Part shown: positions 1-39,893 of the stretch, piece by piece
How the letters are laid out: each line of letters starts with the position of its first letter
Position numbering within the stretch: the stretch's first letter is position 1
Source: Octopus bimaculoides
Taxonomy: Eukaryota
Direction of reading: 5' to 3'
NCBI RefSeq assembly: GCF_001194135.2
Contig: NC_068982.1
Span: 192,429,416-192,469,538, forward strand
DNA: 40,123 nt
Position numbers and translations under genes: made by a program
Notes under the pieces: model-generated
The model's database searches: none
What the model was told of the DNA's origin: nothing
Seen by the model: the letters and a program-made list of their open reading frames with translations, nothing else

Positions 1-214
1 TTCGAGCGTGGCCGTTTTCGTGCGGGTGACACGTAAAAGCACCCACTACACTCTCTGAGTGGTTGGCGTTAGGAAGGGCATCCAGCTGTAGAAACTCTGC
101 CAAATCAGACTGGAGCCTGGTGTTGCCATCCGGTTTCACCAGTCCTCAGTCAAATCGTCCAACCCATGCTAGCATGGAAAGCGGACGTTAAACGATGATG
201 ATGATGATGATGAT
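1..214 (+). mobile_element. Young RTE-LINE 3' tail copy ending in (GAT)n
   Basis: About 2 mismatches in about 200 nt to the inverted copy at 2662; palindrome CCATGCTAGCATGG before the tail. Confidence 0.85.
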
Positions 215-287
215 ATATATATATATATATTTTTAAAATCTTAGAAATACGTGTAGCATTTATTAGAAATACCTTCTTTCCCCACAG

Positions 288-298
288 ACTAATAACAG
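288..298 (+). other. Candidate 11-nt microexon (ACTAATAACAG) of an unidentified plus-strand gene
   Basis: ccttctttccccacag|ACTAATAACAG|gtaagt: near-consensus acceptor and donor. No product recognised. Confidence 0.4.
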
Positions 299-479
299 GT
301 AAGTTTTATATATATTTTTTCAAATAATTTTATTGTAATTTATAGTAGGTTTTTTAACTGCTTATATTATTTTATTGGATATAACTTTCTATGTGTATTC
401 CATACAATAAGGTTATCCTGAAAGAGGAGTTGCGGTTCTATTGGTAAAATCCCAAATTTGTAATAAGATATATACATAT

Positions 480-850
480 TTGCCAATGTCCCTCGAGGGC
501 ATGTCCCAACACTTCTCCACCATCATTTCTCTTTATCTTACTCTCCCTTCTACTCTACAGCAAGACACGGCTGTCTCCCCCCACCTCTATACCTTAAATC
601 TCTCAGCTGGCACAAAGCCACGTCCTCTCAATACTATTCTCCCCCTCCCCGGATTTCTGTGTTGCAAGCCCTTGGTGACCCTTTATCATGGCTGGTGCCA
701 TAATAAAGAGTACCCAGTCAACTCTGTAAAGTGGTTGGAAAAACAGACAACTGGAACCTGATGCAGCTCTCCAACCTTGCCAACTCCTGTCAAACCATCC
801 AACTTACGCCAGCATTGGAAAACAGACATTAGATGATGATGGTGATAATG
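480..850 (+). mobile_element. Decayed composite element (pyrimidine-rich body + RTE-type tail)
   Basis: Shares ctacagcaagacac and ttggtgaccct..gctggtgcca motifs with 10590-11266 and 34200-35028. Confidence 0.6.
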
Positions 851-1429
851 TGTTCATGTCCTCTTGTCTCGATATTGCTTGATAGTTGTAAACGAGTAAA
901 GGTTGATAGCAGCAGAAAGAGCACTTGGCCGTAGAAAATTTGTTTCAATTCTCACTGATCCATTCAAGCAGGTAAAAGTAGAAATGGCAGTGGTGGTCAT
1001 CATCATCATCTACCATTTCTGCAAAGTGCAGCCCTAACAAATCTATTTTAGAAACAAAGACACAACTCATAGTTGCTCAGTCCGTATAAATAGCTAATAA
1101 CAAATGTCTGTGGAATACTCCACCACCTAATGTTAGATTAGGTTTAAGGTATGAGGGAAGAGTTTGAGATAGAGGAGCTACTCATAAGATGGCGAGAATG
1201 AATTGGCAGTATCTCCAAGGAGGCTTGATTTGTCTTTATGGAAGCCACTTTGGTGCCATCTTAAGATGGGATTGATGTGAGAATTAAGGAATTCTATCAA
1301 GGAGCATAGAATAGCAGTCTTTTGAGGTTTCTTTCTAGCATTTGGAAGTCTTCTGCATTCATCACTCAGATTTAACTATCATACAGTATCAACGTTCTCA
1401 CGCAAACATCATACGATCTGCCTTTTATT

Positions 1430-2150
1430 CTGAGGGTGAGAAATCTTTGCTGTGAACAGAGGTAACAGCTCTCTGCTAATTATGTCACTTCTCTAACAGA
1501 AACTATTGATTCCTTTAAGTGAATCAACCAAGTTTTTAAGGCAGCATATTTCCACTGTGTTTCTACAGCATCTGTCACAAACAAAACCTGTTGTGATTCT
1601 TTGGCTTACATCTACTTTTCTGCATATTGAACAAAGTGATTTCCCTGATGATACTGAGGTCCTACCTTCTTTCCTACTCACAAGAATCTTCCTGTTTGCT
1701 AAGTTTCCCTTGAGACCTCAGATTCTAGGTTTTGTATTGATTTCTGGAATTTCTTCTCTAAATTCATCAGTAAGAACTAGATCATCATCATCATCATCAT
1801 ATAGAAGTTCCTGTGGACAGCCTGTCTGAAATAGTTTTTAGGAGGACTAGGGTGAATAGGAGAGAGATGAGGACCCCTACCTTCACTGAATTCCTTATTG
1901 ACTCATTTTACTTACTGCGTCTTTGTACAGTCCTCACAATCCATTCATGCATACTTAATTTCCTTAGTGACACTGTCAAAAAATGCCACCAGGTATAATG
2001 GTTTACCCTTAGCTAAATCAGTCTCTGTTGTCTTCTGTGTATAAAGCCAGACTGCATTTCATTGAGGCTGGTTCGTCCTGATCAACTTTGATCTTCATAG
2101 AGAAATCAATCGTATTTCATTTCTTCCTTCTCTTATAAATTTTGGATTTT
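1430..2150 (-). mobile_element. Decayed RTE-clade RT fragment
   Basis: SSGKSLCSICRK..CDRC zinc-finger-like insert and degenerate QGSVLSP region; interrupted by (CAT)n near 1780-1800. Confidence 0.7.
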
Positions 2151-2394
2151 GTCAAAAGGAAATCAGTCATCTTCCTGGATTATTGTCATTTTTCACAGTA
2201 GATTTTTTTTCATTATTGGCTGATTGTATTGAATTTTAATTAACATTTTGTTCTATCGAGAGTTCTAAAAATTTGCCTGTCTGAGTATGACCTACACTCC
2301 TGTAAAAGGTTTTATGAGACAAACAGAAACCACGCCAACCTAATTCTATCAAGTTAACACTGTATTTATATTAATGGTGATATGTTTATTGCAG

Positions 2395-2493
2395 AAATGA
2401 AGCAATTCACTTGTCATTGGTGAATTTAATACTAATATTAAAGATCTGCTGTTATTCTAGAGCTGCAAAGGATTTGTGCATTGTTGTAGAATG
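2395..2493 (+). other. Weak candidate exon that could follow the microexon
   Basis: Acceptor tgtttattgcag in non-repetitive DNA. Joined to 288-298 it reads LITEMKQFTCHW* (stop 2421-2423) or TNNRNEAIHLSLVNL... open to a gtaaaa donor at 2494. Confidence 0.2.
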
Positions 2494-2661
2494 GTAAAAT
2501 AGTTTTTTTTCTGAAACTTCCTTAAAACCTGGCTTTTGTGTGGTGCAACATTTTCTAGAACTATTTTAGAAGTCGAAACCTTTAGAAACTTATTTGATTT
2601 GATTAATAGGCTGGACTTCTCAAATCATTTTCCTGGACCCCATCTTTTGTTCATATAGAGT

Positions 2662-4215
2662 ATCATCATCATCGTTTAACGTCCGCTTTTCATGCTAGCA
2701 TGGGTTGGACGATTTGACTGAGGACTGGTGAAACCGGATGGTAACACCAGGCTCCAGTCTGATTTGGCAGAGTTTCTACAGCTGGATGCCCTTCCTAACG
2801 CCAACCACTCAGAGAGTGTAGTGGGTGCTTTTACGTGTCACCCGCACGAAAACGGCCACGCTCGAAATGGTGTCTTTTATGTGCCACCCGCACAAGCCAG
2901 TCCAGGGGCACTGGCAACGATCTCGCTCAAAAATCCTACAGGAGCCAGTCAGGCGGTANNNNNNNNNNNNNNNNNNNNNNNNNNNNNNNNNNNNNNNNNN
3001 NNNNNNNNNNNNNNNNNNNNNNNNNNNNNNNNNNNNNNNNNNNNNNNNNNNNNNNNNNNNNNNNNNNNNNNNNNNNNNNNNNNNNNNNNNNNNNNNNNNN
3101 NNNNNNNNNNNNNNNNNNNNNNNNNNNNNNNNNNNNNNNNNNNNNNNNNNNNNNNNNNNNNNNNNNNNNNNNNNNNNNNNNNNNNNNNNNNNNNNNNNNN
3201 NNNNNNNNNNNNNNNNNNNNNNNNNNNNNNNNNNNNNNNNNNNNNNNNNNNNNNNNNNNNNNNNNNNNNNNNNNNNNNNNNNNNNNNNNNNNNNNNNNNN
3301 NNNNNNNNNNNNNNNNNNNNNNNNNNNNNNNNNNNNNNNNNNNNNNNNNNNNNNNNNNNNNNNNNNNNNNNNNNNNNNNNNNNNNNNNNNNNNNNNNNNN
3401 NNNNNNNNNNNNNNNNNNNNNNNNNNNNNNNNNNNNNNNNNNNNNNNNNNNNNNNNNNNNNNNNNNNNNNNNNNNNNNNNNNNNNNNNNNNNNNNNNNNN
3501 NNNNNNNNNNNNNNNNNNNNNNNNNNNNNNNNNNNNNNNNNNNNNNNNNNNNNNNNNNNNNNNNNNNNNNNNNNNNNNNNNNNNNNNNNNNNNNNNNNNN
3601 NNNNNNNNNNNNNNNNNNNNNNNNNNNNNNNNNNNNNNNNNNNNNNNNNNNNNNNNNNNNNNNNNNNNNNNNNNNNNNNNNNNNNNNNNNNNNNNNNNNN
3701 NNNNNNNNNNNNNNNNNNNNNNNNNNNNNNNNNNNNNNNNNNNNNNNNNNNNNNNNNNNNNNNNNNNNNNNNNNNNNNNNNNNNNNNNNNNNNNNNNNNN
3801 NNNNNNNNNNNNNNNNNNNNNNNNNNNCTTTGATGTTGCTGCACCTCTTATGTGTCCATAGCTTGCACCGGGTACATCTTATAGAGTTACTACCTACTCC
3901 TTTTCTACATACTGAGCAGGGCCATCTACCTGAAGGGGTTTGTGTTTTATCTACCTTCCTACTTATTAGGATTTGGGTTTTAGCTAGGTTGACTCTAAGG
4001 CCCTTCAATTCTAGACCTTGCTTCCACACCTGAAACTTCTCCTCTAGTTCTGATAGTGACTCCGCAATTAGGGCAAGGTCATCAGCATAGAGGAGCTCCC
4101 AGGGGCAACCTGTCTTGAACTCCTCTGTGATTGCCTGGAGGACTATGGTAAATAATAGGGGGCTGAGGACGGAACCTTGGTGGACCCCTACCTCTACCCC
4201 GAATTCATTGCTGTG
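2662..4215 (-). mobile_element. 5'-truncated young RTE-clade LINE spanning a gap
   Basis: (CAT)n tail at 2662; RT region WKQGLELKGLRVNLAKTQIL..GRWPCSVCRKG and ..LLYADD.. on the minus strand at 3828-4215. Confidence 0.85.
2959..3827. other. Assembly gap (869 N)
   Basis: Run of N inside an RTE. Confidence 1.
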
Positions 4216-4276
4216 TCAATGGAAATCCATAAGATGGGAACAAACTTCAGAAGTTTTCCCATAGACACTCTCTACA

Positions 4277-4495
4277 TCAGCATTGTCTTCCATGCTGGCA
4301 TGGGTTGAATGGTCTGACATGGAACTGGCCAGCCAGGGAGCTGCACCAGGCTCCATTGTCTACTCTGGTAAGGTTTCTATGGCTGGATGCTCTTCCTAAC
4401 ACCAACCACTTTACAGAGTGGACTGGGTGCTTTATACATGACACCAGCATTGGAGCTTTTTTTCTTTTACATAGCACCAACACCAGAGGGGTTGC
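4277..4495 (-). mobile_element. RTE 3' tail copy
   Basis: ccatgctggcatgggttg...gctggatgc..cctaacaccaaccac family core. Confidence 0.8.
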
Positions 4496-4759
4496 CACAT
4501 AGAAAGCATTGTGATCTCAGTCCTACATCACATACATTCTGGACAATTGTCAGAAAGCCATTTACTCACCAACATACTGCCATTCATTGTTGCTTCTGTC
4601 AATTATAATCATCTTAAATAATAATAATAGTGTATATAAGAAAAGAATGAAGTAAAAATTGACAAAAACTAAAATATTAATGATTAGATAACAAGGGTTT
4701 TTTTTTTGTCTCAGTTCTATCTTAAATCTGTACAAATCCATTCCCCAACTACATCAACT

Positions 4760-5990
4760 TGCAGAAAGGCAGAATGTGTTACTTTAAATACTTGAGCTAG
4801 TTTTAATGTCCTCATCTCTAGTCAGGGATGGGTGACTCTCACCTTTTCTATACTTGGTCAAGAGTGCACAGTCAGGAAGTTACTAATAATAGTTAAGCAC
4901 AAAGCAACATGGGTTTTTAAGAGCCACAAATAAACATGAATCAAACTGCTCCATCATATTGAATGAGCTTAGTAATATTTAGCCAGAAAATGTCTATTTT
5001 CTCTTCTTTATGTAATACAATCTTCATTATCTACATCAATGACAAAGTGGACGTCATCAAACATTCTACATTGAAAATCTTTGCAGATGATTCCAAACTC
5101 CAGAAAGCCATGGGAGACCAAACATGCCTTCAGTTGGATCTGTTTGCTATTGTCCAGTGGGTGGAAAAAAACAATATGCTTCTAAATGAAGATAAGTTTG
5201 ATTTGATCCACTTTGGAAAAGAGGATATTCTGAAACTACCATTTGCTCTTCCCTCAGGCGACTCCCTAGTGTCATCCAACAACATCTGAGACCTTGGAGT
5301 AATTGTGGATAACAATCTAAGCTGGAGTTCTCATGTAAACAGCAAGGTTGACTTGGGCCCCTGCAAGATGTGCTCCTGGATTTTGAGAACTTTCCAGTCT
5401 AGAGATCTCTACTTTTGCCTTGAATACTGTTGCCCACTGTGGTCTCCCCACATGAAGCAACTCCTTATGAAAGTAGAAGCACTCCAGAGGTAAATAACAA
5501 GAAAGATAAAATTAAAAAAACTCAATCTCTACTCTCTCCAATACCACCGGGAACACTACATCATGTGTTATGTGGAAAATATTCCATCAATATTGCACAA
5601 ATGATGTTGGCATCAATTTTAAAATCCATCTAAGACTTGGCCCCCGTGCTATCCGCCCACTACTAAAATCGAACTCAGGACACAGAGCAACGTTACGTCA
5701 CAATTACTTTACCTCAACCGGTCAAGCTCTCTTTAATACCATACCAAAATACGTCAAAATGGAAATGGATCCCATAAAATTCAAATGTTCACTGCACAAA
5801 TTTCTTCAAAAAAATCCCAGACCAACCGCCTACACCCAGATATGTCTCCAACACTAATAACTCTTTGCTAGAGTGAACCATGGTGCCCAATATATGGCTA
5901 AAAGACTTCACCAGGTGGTGCTATTGAGTTATACATGGCCTGGGCCCATACTGGCCGAAACCTGTCAAGGTTATCAAAGTTATAATAAAG
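4760..5990 (+). mobile_element. CR1/L2-group LINE 3' fragment (RT, frameshifted) with 3' UTR
   Basis: FIIYIND..LKIFADDSKL..LRDLGVIVDNNLSWSSHV..LEYCCPLWSPH..LFNTIPKYVK. Confidence 0.8.
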
Positions 5991-6097
5991 TGTAACCAAT
6001 GTTTTAAAAATTACAACGAAAGAATGTTTAAATAAGATGTTAGCAATAAACAAATATAACACACACACACATACACACAAAACAATGATTGCACAAT

Positions 6098-6103
6098 TTT
6101 ATT
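6098..6103 (-). terminator. Probable PSMC3 polyadenylation signal AATAAA
   Basis: About 137 nt downstream of the stop; preceded by a U-rich tract and followed by a GU-rich (TG)n tract on the minus strand. Confidence 0.7.
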
Positions 6104-6239
6104 GGCCCAAAAAAAAAAGAAAGAAAAAAGTGCATTATATTTAATGAGATGGAAAAAAATTCTAACAAAGATACAAATCTGGGGATAAAAGCATCAGACT
6201 CTCTGGTTTAGTCCAAGTCAAGCATTACACGTTTTCTGT

Positions 6240-35220
<28,981 letters not shown>

Positions 35221-36327
35221 CTAGAATACAGAAAGCAAATTAAAGTTTCCAGCTGTGATTCTACAATAACATAGGATAAGAAAACAACATGTTTTCTGAC
35301 AAGTGATGATAATAATAATGATATTAACAGTTTGTTTTTAATAGATATTTTAAAAAATAAGCCAAGCATATTAAGTACAAAGCTGCAAAGCTGATCACAT
35401 GCTACTGCAGCAGCCGTCGTCGTAACTATTGCATGTATATGTACAAACACACACACACATACATACATACATATACAAAAAGCAAGTAAAATATTAATAT
35501 ATATATATATATATATTCATATTTTGCCTGTTTTTTCCATGCTGGTATGGGTTAGACAAGGCAAGTTGTGGGAGTATTCCATAGCTGGATTCTATTGTCA
35601 ACATGTACTTGTTTCCATATAAGGTACTGCTTATTCCTCTGATCTTTTTGCACAATGAACCACAGTATTGAGTTCAACTCCAGCCAGTAACCACATCCAA
35701 TGGATGGCCTGCAATAATCTATTCTAGGTTCAAGTCATCCACAGCTGTTCAGTAAAGTAATGATATATTACAACCTTTCAAGTAGAAAATCTTTTCAAAA
35801 CATGGACTGAATAAACATCAAAGTGGATCTCCACCTGTATTAGAGTGGACATCTATATATTTATAGCTTCTTCTCATTATGTTGGACATTTCGTATACTA
35901 ATAGTTTGCTCCACAATCACCAACTTCCAATAATTTATTGCATGAATGGCATATATTTTGCATATGTATTCTATCAGTTGTTTATAATATAGGAAAGTAT
36001 TTTTACAACTAAACACACACAAACACACATATATATAAAGAAACAGATTATAAGCTACAATAATAGAAAATCAGGAATATCTCTTTTAAAGGAGATTAAA
36101 TTTAGATTTAATAAAATATTGAAAATTTTATCTCAACAAAGTTTAAGAAATATATCCATAGAATAGGAGTGAATGAGTGAGTGTATGTGTGCATGTGTAG
36201 ATGTAGTATGGCCAAATATTTAAGGTTGCTCCACAATCACAAGGTCTTGGGTTTGATTCCACAACAGCTTTAGCTCAACCCAACTCTTGTTAGTGAAACT
36301 GGAAAGATGATGGTAACTGTGTGGAAG

Positions 36328-36349
36328 TTAGGGTTAGGGTTAGGGTTAG
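36328..36349 (+). repeat. Interstitial telomeric repeat (TTAGGG)3TTAG
   Basis: Direct reading. Confidence 0.95.
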
Positions 36350-37945
36350 TGAGAGTTGTACAAGCCATGCCCAGGGATGCTATCAGTAAGGTGAGGGTTG
36401 GCAACGAGTATATTGAAGAATTCCGGGTAGGGGTCCACCAAGGATCAGTCCTCAGCCCCTTCTTATTCATCATAGTCCTCCAGGCAATAACAAAGGAATT
36501 CAAGACAGGATACCTCTTGGAACTTCTCCATTCTGATGACCTTGCTCTAATAGCTGAGTCACTATCTGAACTAGAGGAGAAGGTTTCAGGTGTGGAAGCA
36601 AGGTCTAGAATCAAAGGTCCTTAGAGTGAATCTAGCAAAAACCAAAGTCTTAATAAGTAGGAAGGCAGACAAATTGCAAACCCCTTCAGGTAGATGGCCT
36701 TGCTCAATCTGTAGAAAGGGTATAGGTAGAAACTCTATAAGATGTAACCGGTGTAAGATATGGACATGTAAGAGGTGCAGCAATATCAAAGGAAGGTTAA
36801 CTGGGAAGATAGATTTTGTGTGGCAAATGCTCAACGGTAATAAACACTGAAAATGTGCAGAAAACAGCTTCTGTCACATGCCAGGGGAAAAAACTAGAAG
36901 TAGTCCATAGCTTCCGTTACCTAAGGACCTTTGATTCTAGACCTTGCTTCCACACCTGAAACCTTCTCCTCTAGTTCAGATAGTGACTCAGCTATTAGAG
37001 CAAGGTCATCAGAATGGAGAAGTTCCAAGAGGTATCCTGTCTTGAATTCCTTTGTTATTGCCTGGAGGACTATGATGAATAAGAAGGGGCTGAGGACTGA
37101 TCCTTGGTGGACCCCTACCCGGAATTCTTCAATATACTCGTTGCCAACCCTCACCTTACTGATAGCATCCCTGGGCATGGCTTGTACAACTCTCACTAAC
37201 CCTAACCCTAACCCTAACCCTAACTTCCACACAGTTACCATCATCTTTCCAAGTCAGTAGCGATGATGGATGCTCTGAGAGTGTAGCTGCTAGAATAAGA
37301 AGAGCCTGGGCAAAGTTCAGAGAGCTCCTACCTCTGCTGCTAACAAAAGGCCTCTCGCTCAGATTAAAAGGTAGACTGTATGACGCATGTGTGGGAACAG
37401 CCATGCTACATGGCAGTGAAACATGGACTGTGACTGCTGAGGACATGCATAAGCTTGTAAGGAATGAAGCTAATATGCTCCGCTGGATGTGTAATGTCAG
37501 TGTGTATACAGGACAGAGTGTAAGCATCCTGAGAGAAATGATGGACATAAGCAGCATCAGATGTGGTGTGCAAGAGAGACGACTGCACTGGAATGGTCAT
37601 GTGTTGCGTATGGATGAGGACAGCTGTGTGAAAAAGTGTCACACCCTAGCGGTAGAGGTAGACCCAAGAAGAGCTGGGATGAGGTGGTCAAGCACGACCA
37701 TTGAACGTTGGGCCTCACAGAGGCGATATCAAGAGACCAAGACCTTTGGAGATACGCTGTGCTTGAGAAGACCCAGCAAACCAAGTGAGATCGTAACCAT
37801 GACCTATGCCAGTGCAGCATAACTGGCCCCTTTAAGTCATTGGGCAACAAACTGTGCTTGCAAAAACCTGTTGAGTCAAGTGAAGTCATTGTTGTGGTTG
37901 ATGCCAGTGGCACATAAAAAGCACCATTTGAGCATGGCTCATTTT
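36350..37945 (+). mobile_element. 5'-truncated RTE LINE interrupted by an inverted copy of its own 5' part
   Basis: HQGSVLSP..LLHSDD (decayed YADD), zinc-finger insert, ..SFRYL|(inversion)|QVSSDDGCSESVAARIR..HGSETW..CVKKCHTLAV. Confidence 0.92.
37196..37223 (-). repeat. Interstitial telomeric repeat (TTAGGG)4TTAG
   Basis: CTAA(CCCTAA)4 on the plus strand. Confidence 0.95.
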
Positions 37946-37984
37946 CATCCACATGTGGCCATGCACAGGTAGACAGAAAATTGA

Positions 37985-39362
37985 TCTGCCTCTTATCTCT
38001 GTATGCGGTTGAATTATTTCACTTTTTTTTTTGTTTAATTTTGCTTTTTTTATATCCAACGGCAGTCTTTGATCACTGCAGCACATGTATGCGTTGCCAC
38101 GGTATCTAAATTCTCCGCAAGTTTGACCAAACTGAAAAAGCGGTCAAAAAATAATATACGGCCCTGGTTATGGCATGGAAGTGATAAATTTCATACCATA
38201 TCATACCCTAGGCCATGCTGACTTAACATAATTGTTTTCTTTTTTGCCAGTATAAAATTCAAACCCAGAGCAGCACCCAGCATTCAATTCGCAAATCTCC
38301 CAAACTTTGATTCCCCCATTTTGTGGGCTTTCCTGGCATATATTGTCGAAAATGCACTCAGCCTTTATAGCCCACCATGCCCTCATCAATAGATAAATAT
38401 CTCCCTGGTTTATAAACTGTTTTATATGCGTTTTGAACATAGTCAATGAGGGGTCTTATTTTAAATAAGGGTTCTCCACGGACTGGTGTACTGCTTGTGT
38501 CTCTCATATGTACATATTGAGTCAATTTTAAAAACCGTGTCCTCGTCATTATACTCAAGACATATTCATCTCCAAAGGGTTCATCACTACTCCAGTAATT
38601 TGTAATTCTGGGTAGCTTTCTAATGCCCTTAATAATATTTATGGCAAAATATGCCTTAATTTCTTTTAAGCTTGTGGGAAACCACAAACTATCCTTTTTT
38701 TCGCTTTGTCTAGTTTCAGTATAACGGTTTGTTTCTGCTGTAATGATTTCAAATAAGCTCATAGGGAAAAGTAAAAGGAAATAGTCTAAAGCTTTGCTCT
38801 CCTGGGAAAGATTGTGACTTGGTCCAGTTTCTTCAGAAAAATCACTGAAAGAAACGGTTTTAAAACTTTTACTCCCTTTAGGTGCCAATTCATTCTCTTT
38901 CTCGCTGTCATCGGAGCTCTCGGATTCACTGCTTTCACTTTCGGAAAATGAAACATCGAATTCATTATCAAATACCACCTGCTTTTTTTTTTTTTTTTTT
39001 TCAGTTATGGAGTTAGATTTATCAAGGTCTTCAATGGAAAATCCTTCAAATTCTGACTCGCTACTTGACAGAATGAAATTGGTATCCATTTTTTTGTTAG
39101 AATTACAAATTTTCAAAGCACAACAGGAACAAATTTGGGGAAAAAAATCTCCCAAAATTCACAGAATTAAAATAACAGGCAGATCGTTGTCCAAAACTGT
39201 AGCTCAATTGTTTACGCAGTTTAATCAGGTGTTTCCACGCATGTACTAACGAGATTTGCACTGATATTCTCATTTAAATATGAATATGTGATTACGGGCA
39301 TTTTTGGGTGGCTTGGTCACATGAATCAAAATTTTTTTTGGGGTGGTTTCGTAACAAAAAGG
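37985..39362 (-). pseudogene. piggyBac (PGBD4-like, DDE_Tnp_1_7) transposon, 3'-truncated, inactivated transposase
   Basis: End TTAA|cctttttgttac (TTAA 39363-39366); ATG at 39089; acidic N-terminus, ..MTRTRF..LSIDEGMVGYKG*VHFRQYMPGKPTKWG, then frameshifted IKVW..YTGK..LFFDRFFS. Confidence 0.88.
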
Positions 39363-39399
39363 TTAAACTCCTGTGTTGATGGCCTGCAGGAATATGATG

Positions 39400-39890
39400 A
39401 ATAGGACTGAAAACTGAACCTTGATGGACTCCAACCCTTATGCAAAATTCTTCACTGATATTGCTGTTGACTCTCTTTTTACTTGGTGCATCTTTGTATA
39501 TGGCTTATACAGCTATCACACAAGCCATGCATTAATGCCAAGTTTACTTAGTGACCATCAGATTACTGTACATGATACCCTGTCAAATGTCATTTCCAAA
39601 TCAAGGAAAGCCAAGAATAATGGTTTATTCTTAGTCAAGTATCTCTTTTGCAGTTGCCTCATCAGGAAGATTCTATCCAAGGTTCTACTTCTATGTATGA
39701 AACCAAGCTGCATTTCATGTAGGGTCAACCCTGTTACAAATCAATTGTGTTGTGATCCAGTAATTTTGATTCCTTTAGAGTTGCTTCTCTCCAGAGCATC
39801 TCCTTTGTCTTTATAGCAGTTTATGACAATTCTCTTTTGCCAGTCACTCGATATGACTCCTTGCATCAACTTGATTAACTCTCTGCTTGG
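39400..39890 (-). mobile_element. Old decayed RTE RT fragment
   Basis: Degenerate GDALER..RGIKLLD and FDRVS.TVIWWSL segments. Confidence 0.55.
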
Positions 39891-39893
39891 TAA

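Larger units (their letters stand above)
36300..37251. repeat. Near-perfect inverted duplication: arms 36300-36624 and 36921-37251, 296-bp spacer
   Basis: Track ORFs 36307..36624(+) and 36921..37244(-) translate identically except for one extra LG (one TTAGGG unit). Confidence 0.97.

Noticed and set aside
2728-4033. Long track ORFs of 300-400 aa
   Set aside because: Length comes from runs of N; the flanks are RTE sequence. The same applies to 17049-18164 and 21380-22260.
38358-39155. Domesticated PGBD gene
   Set aside because: Premature stop, frameshifts, missing third catalytic region and a retained transposon end
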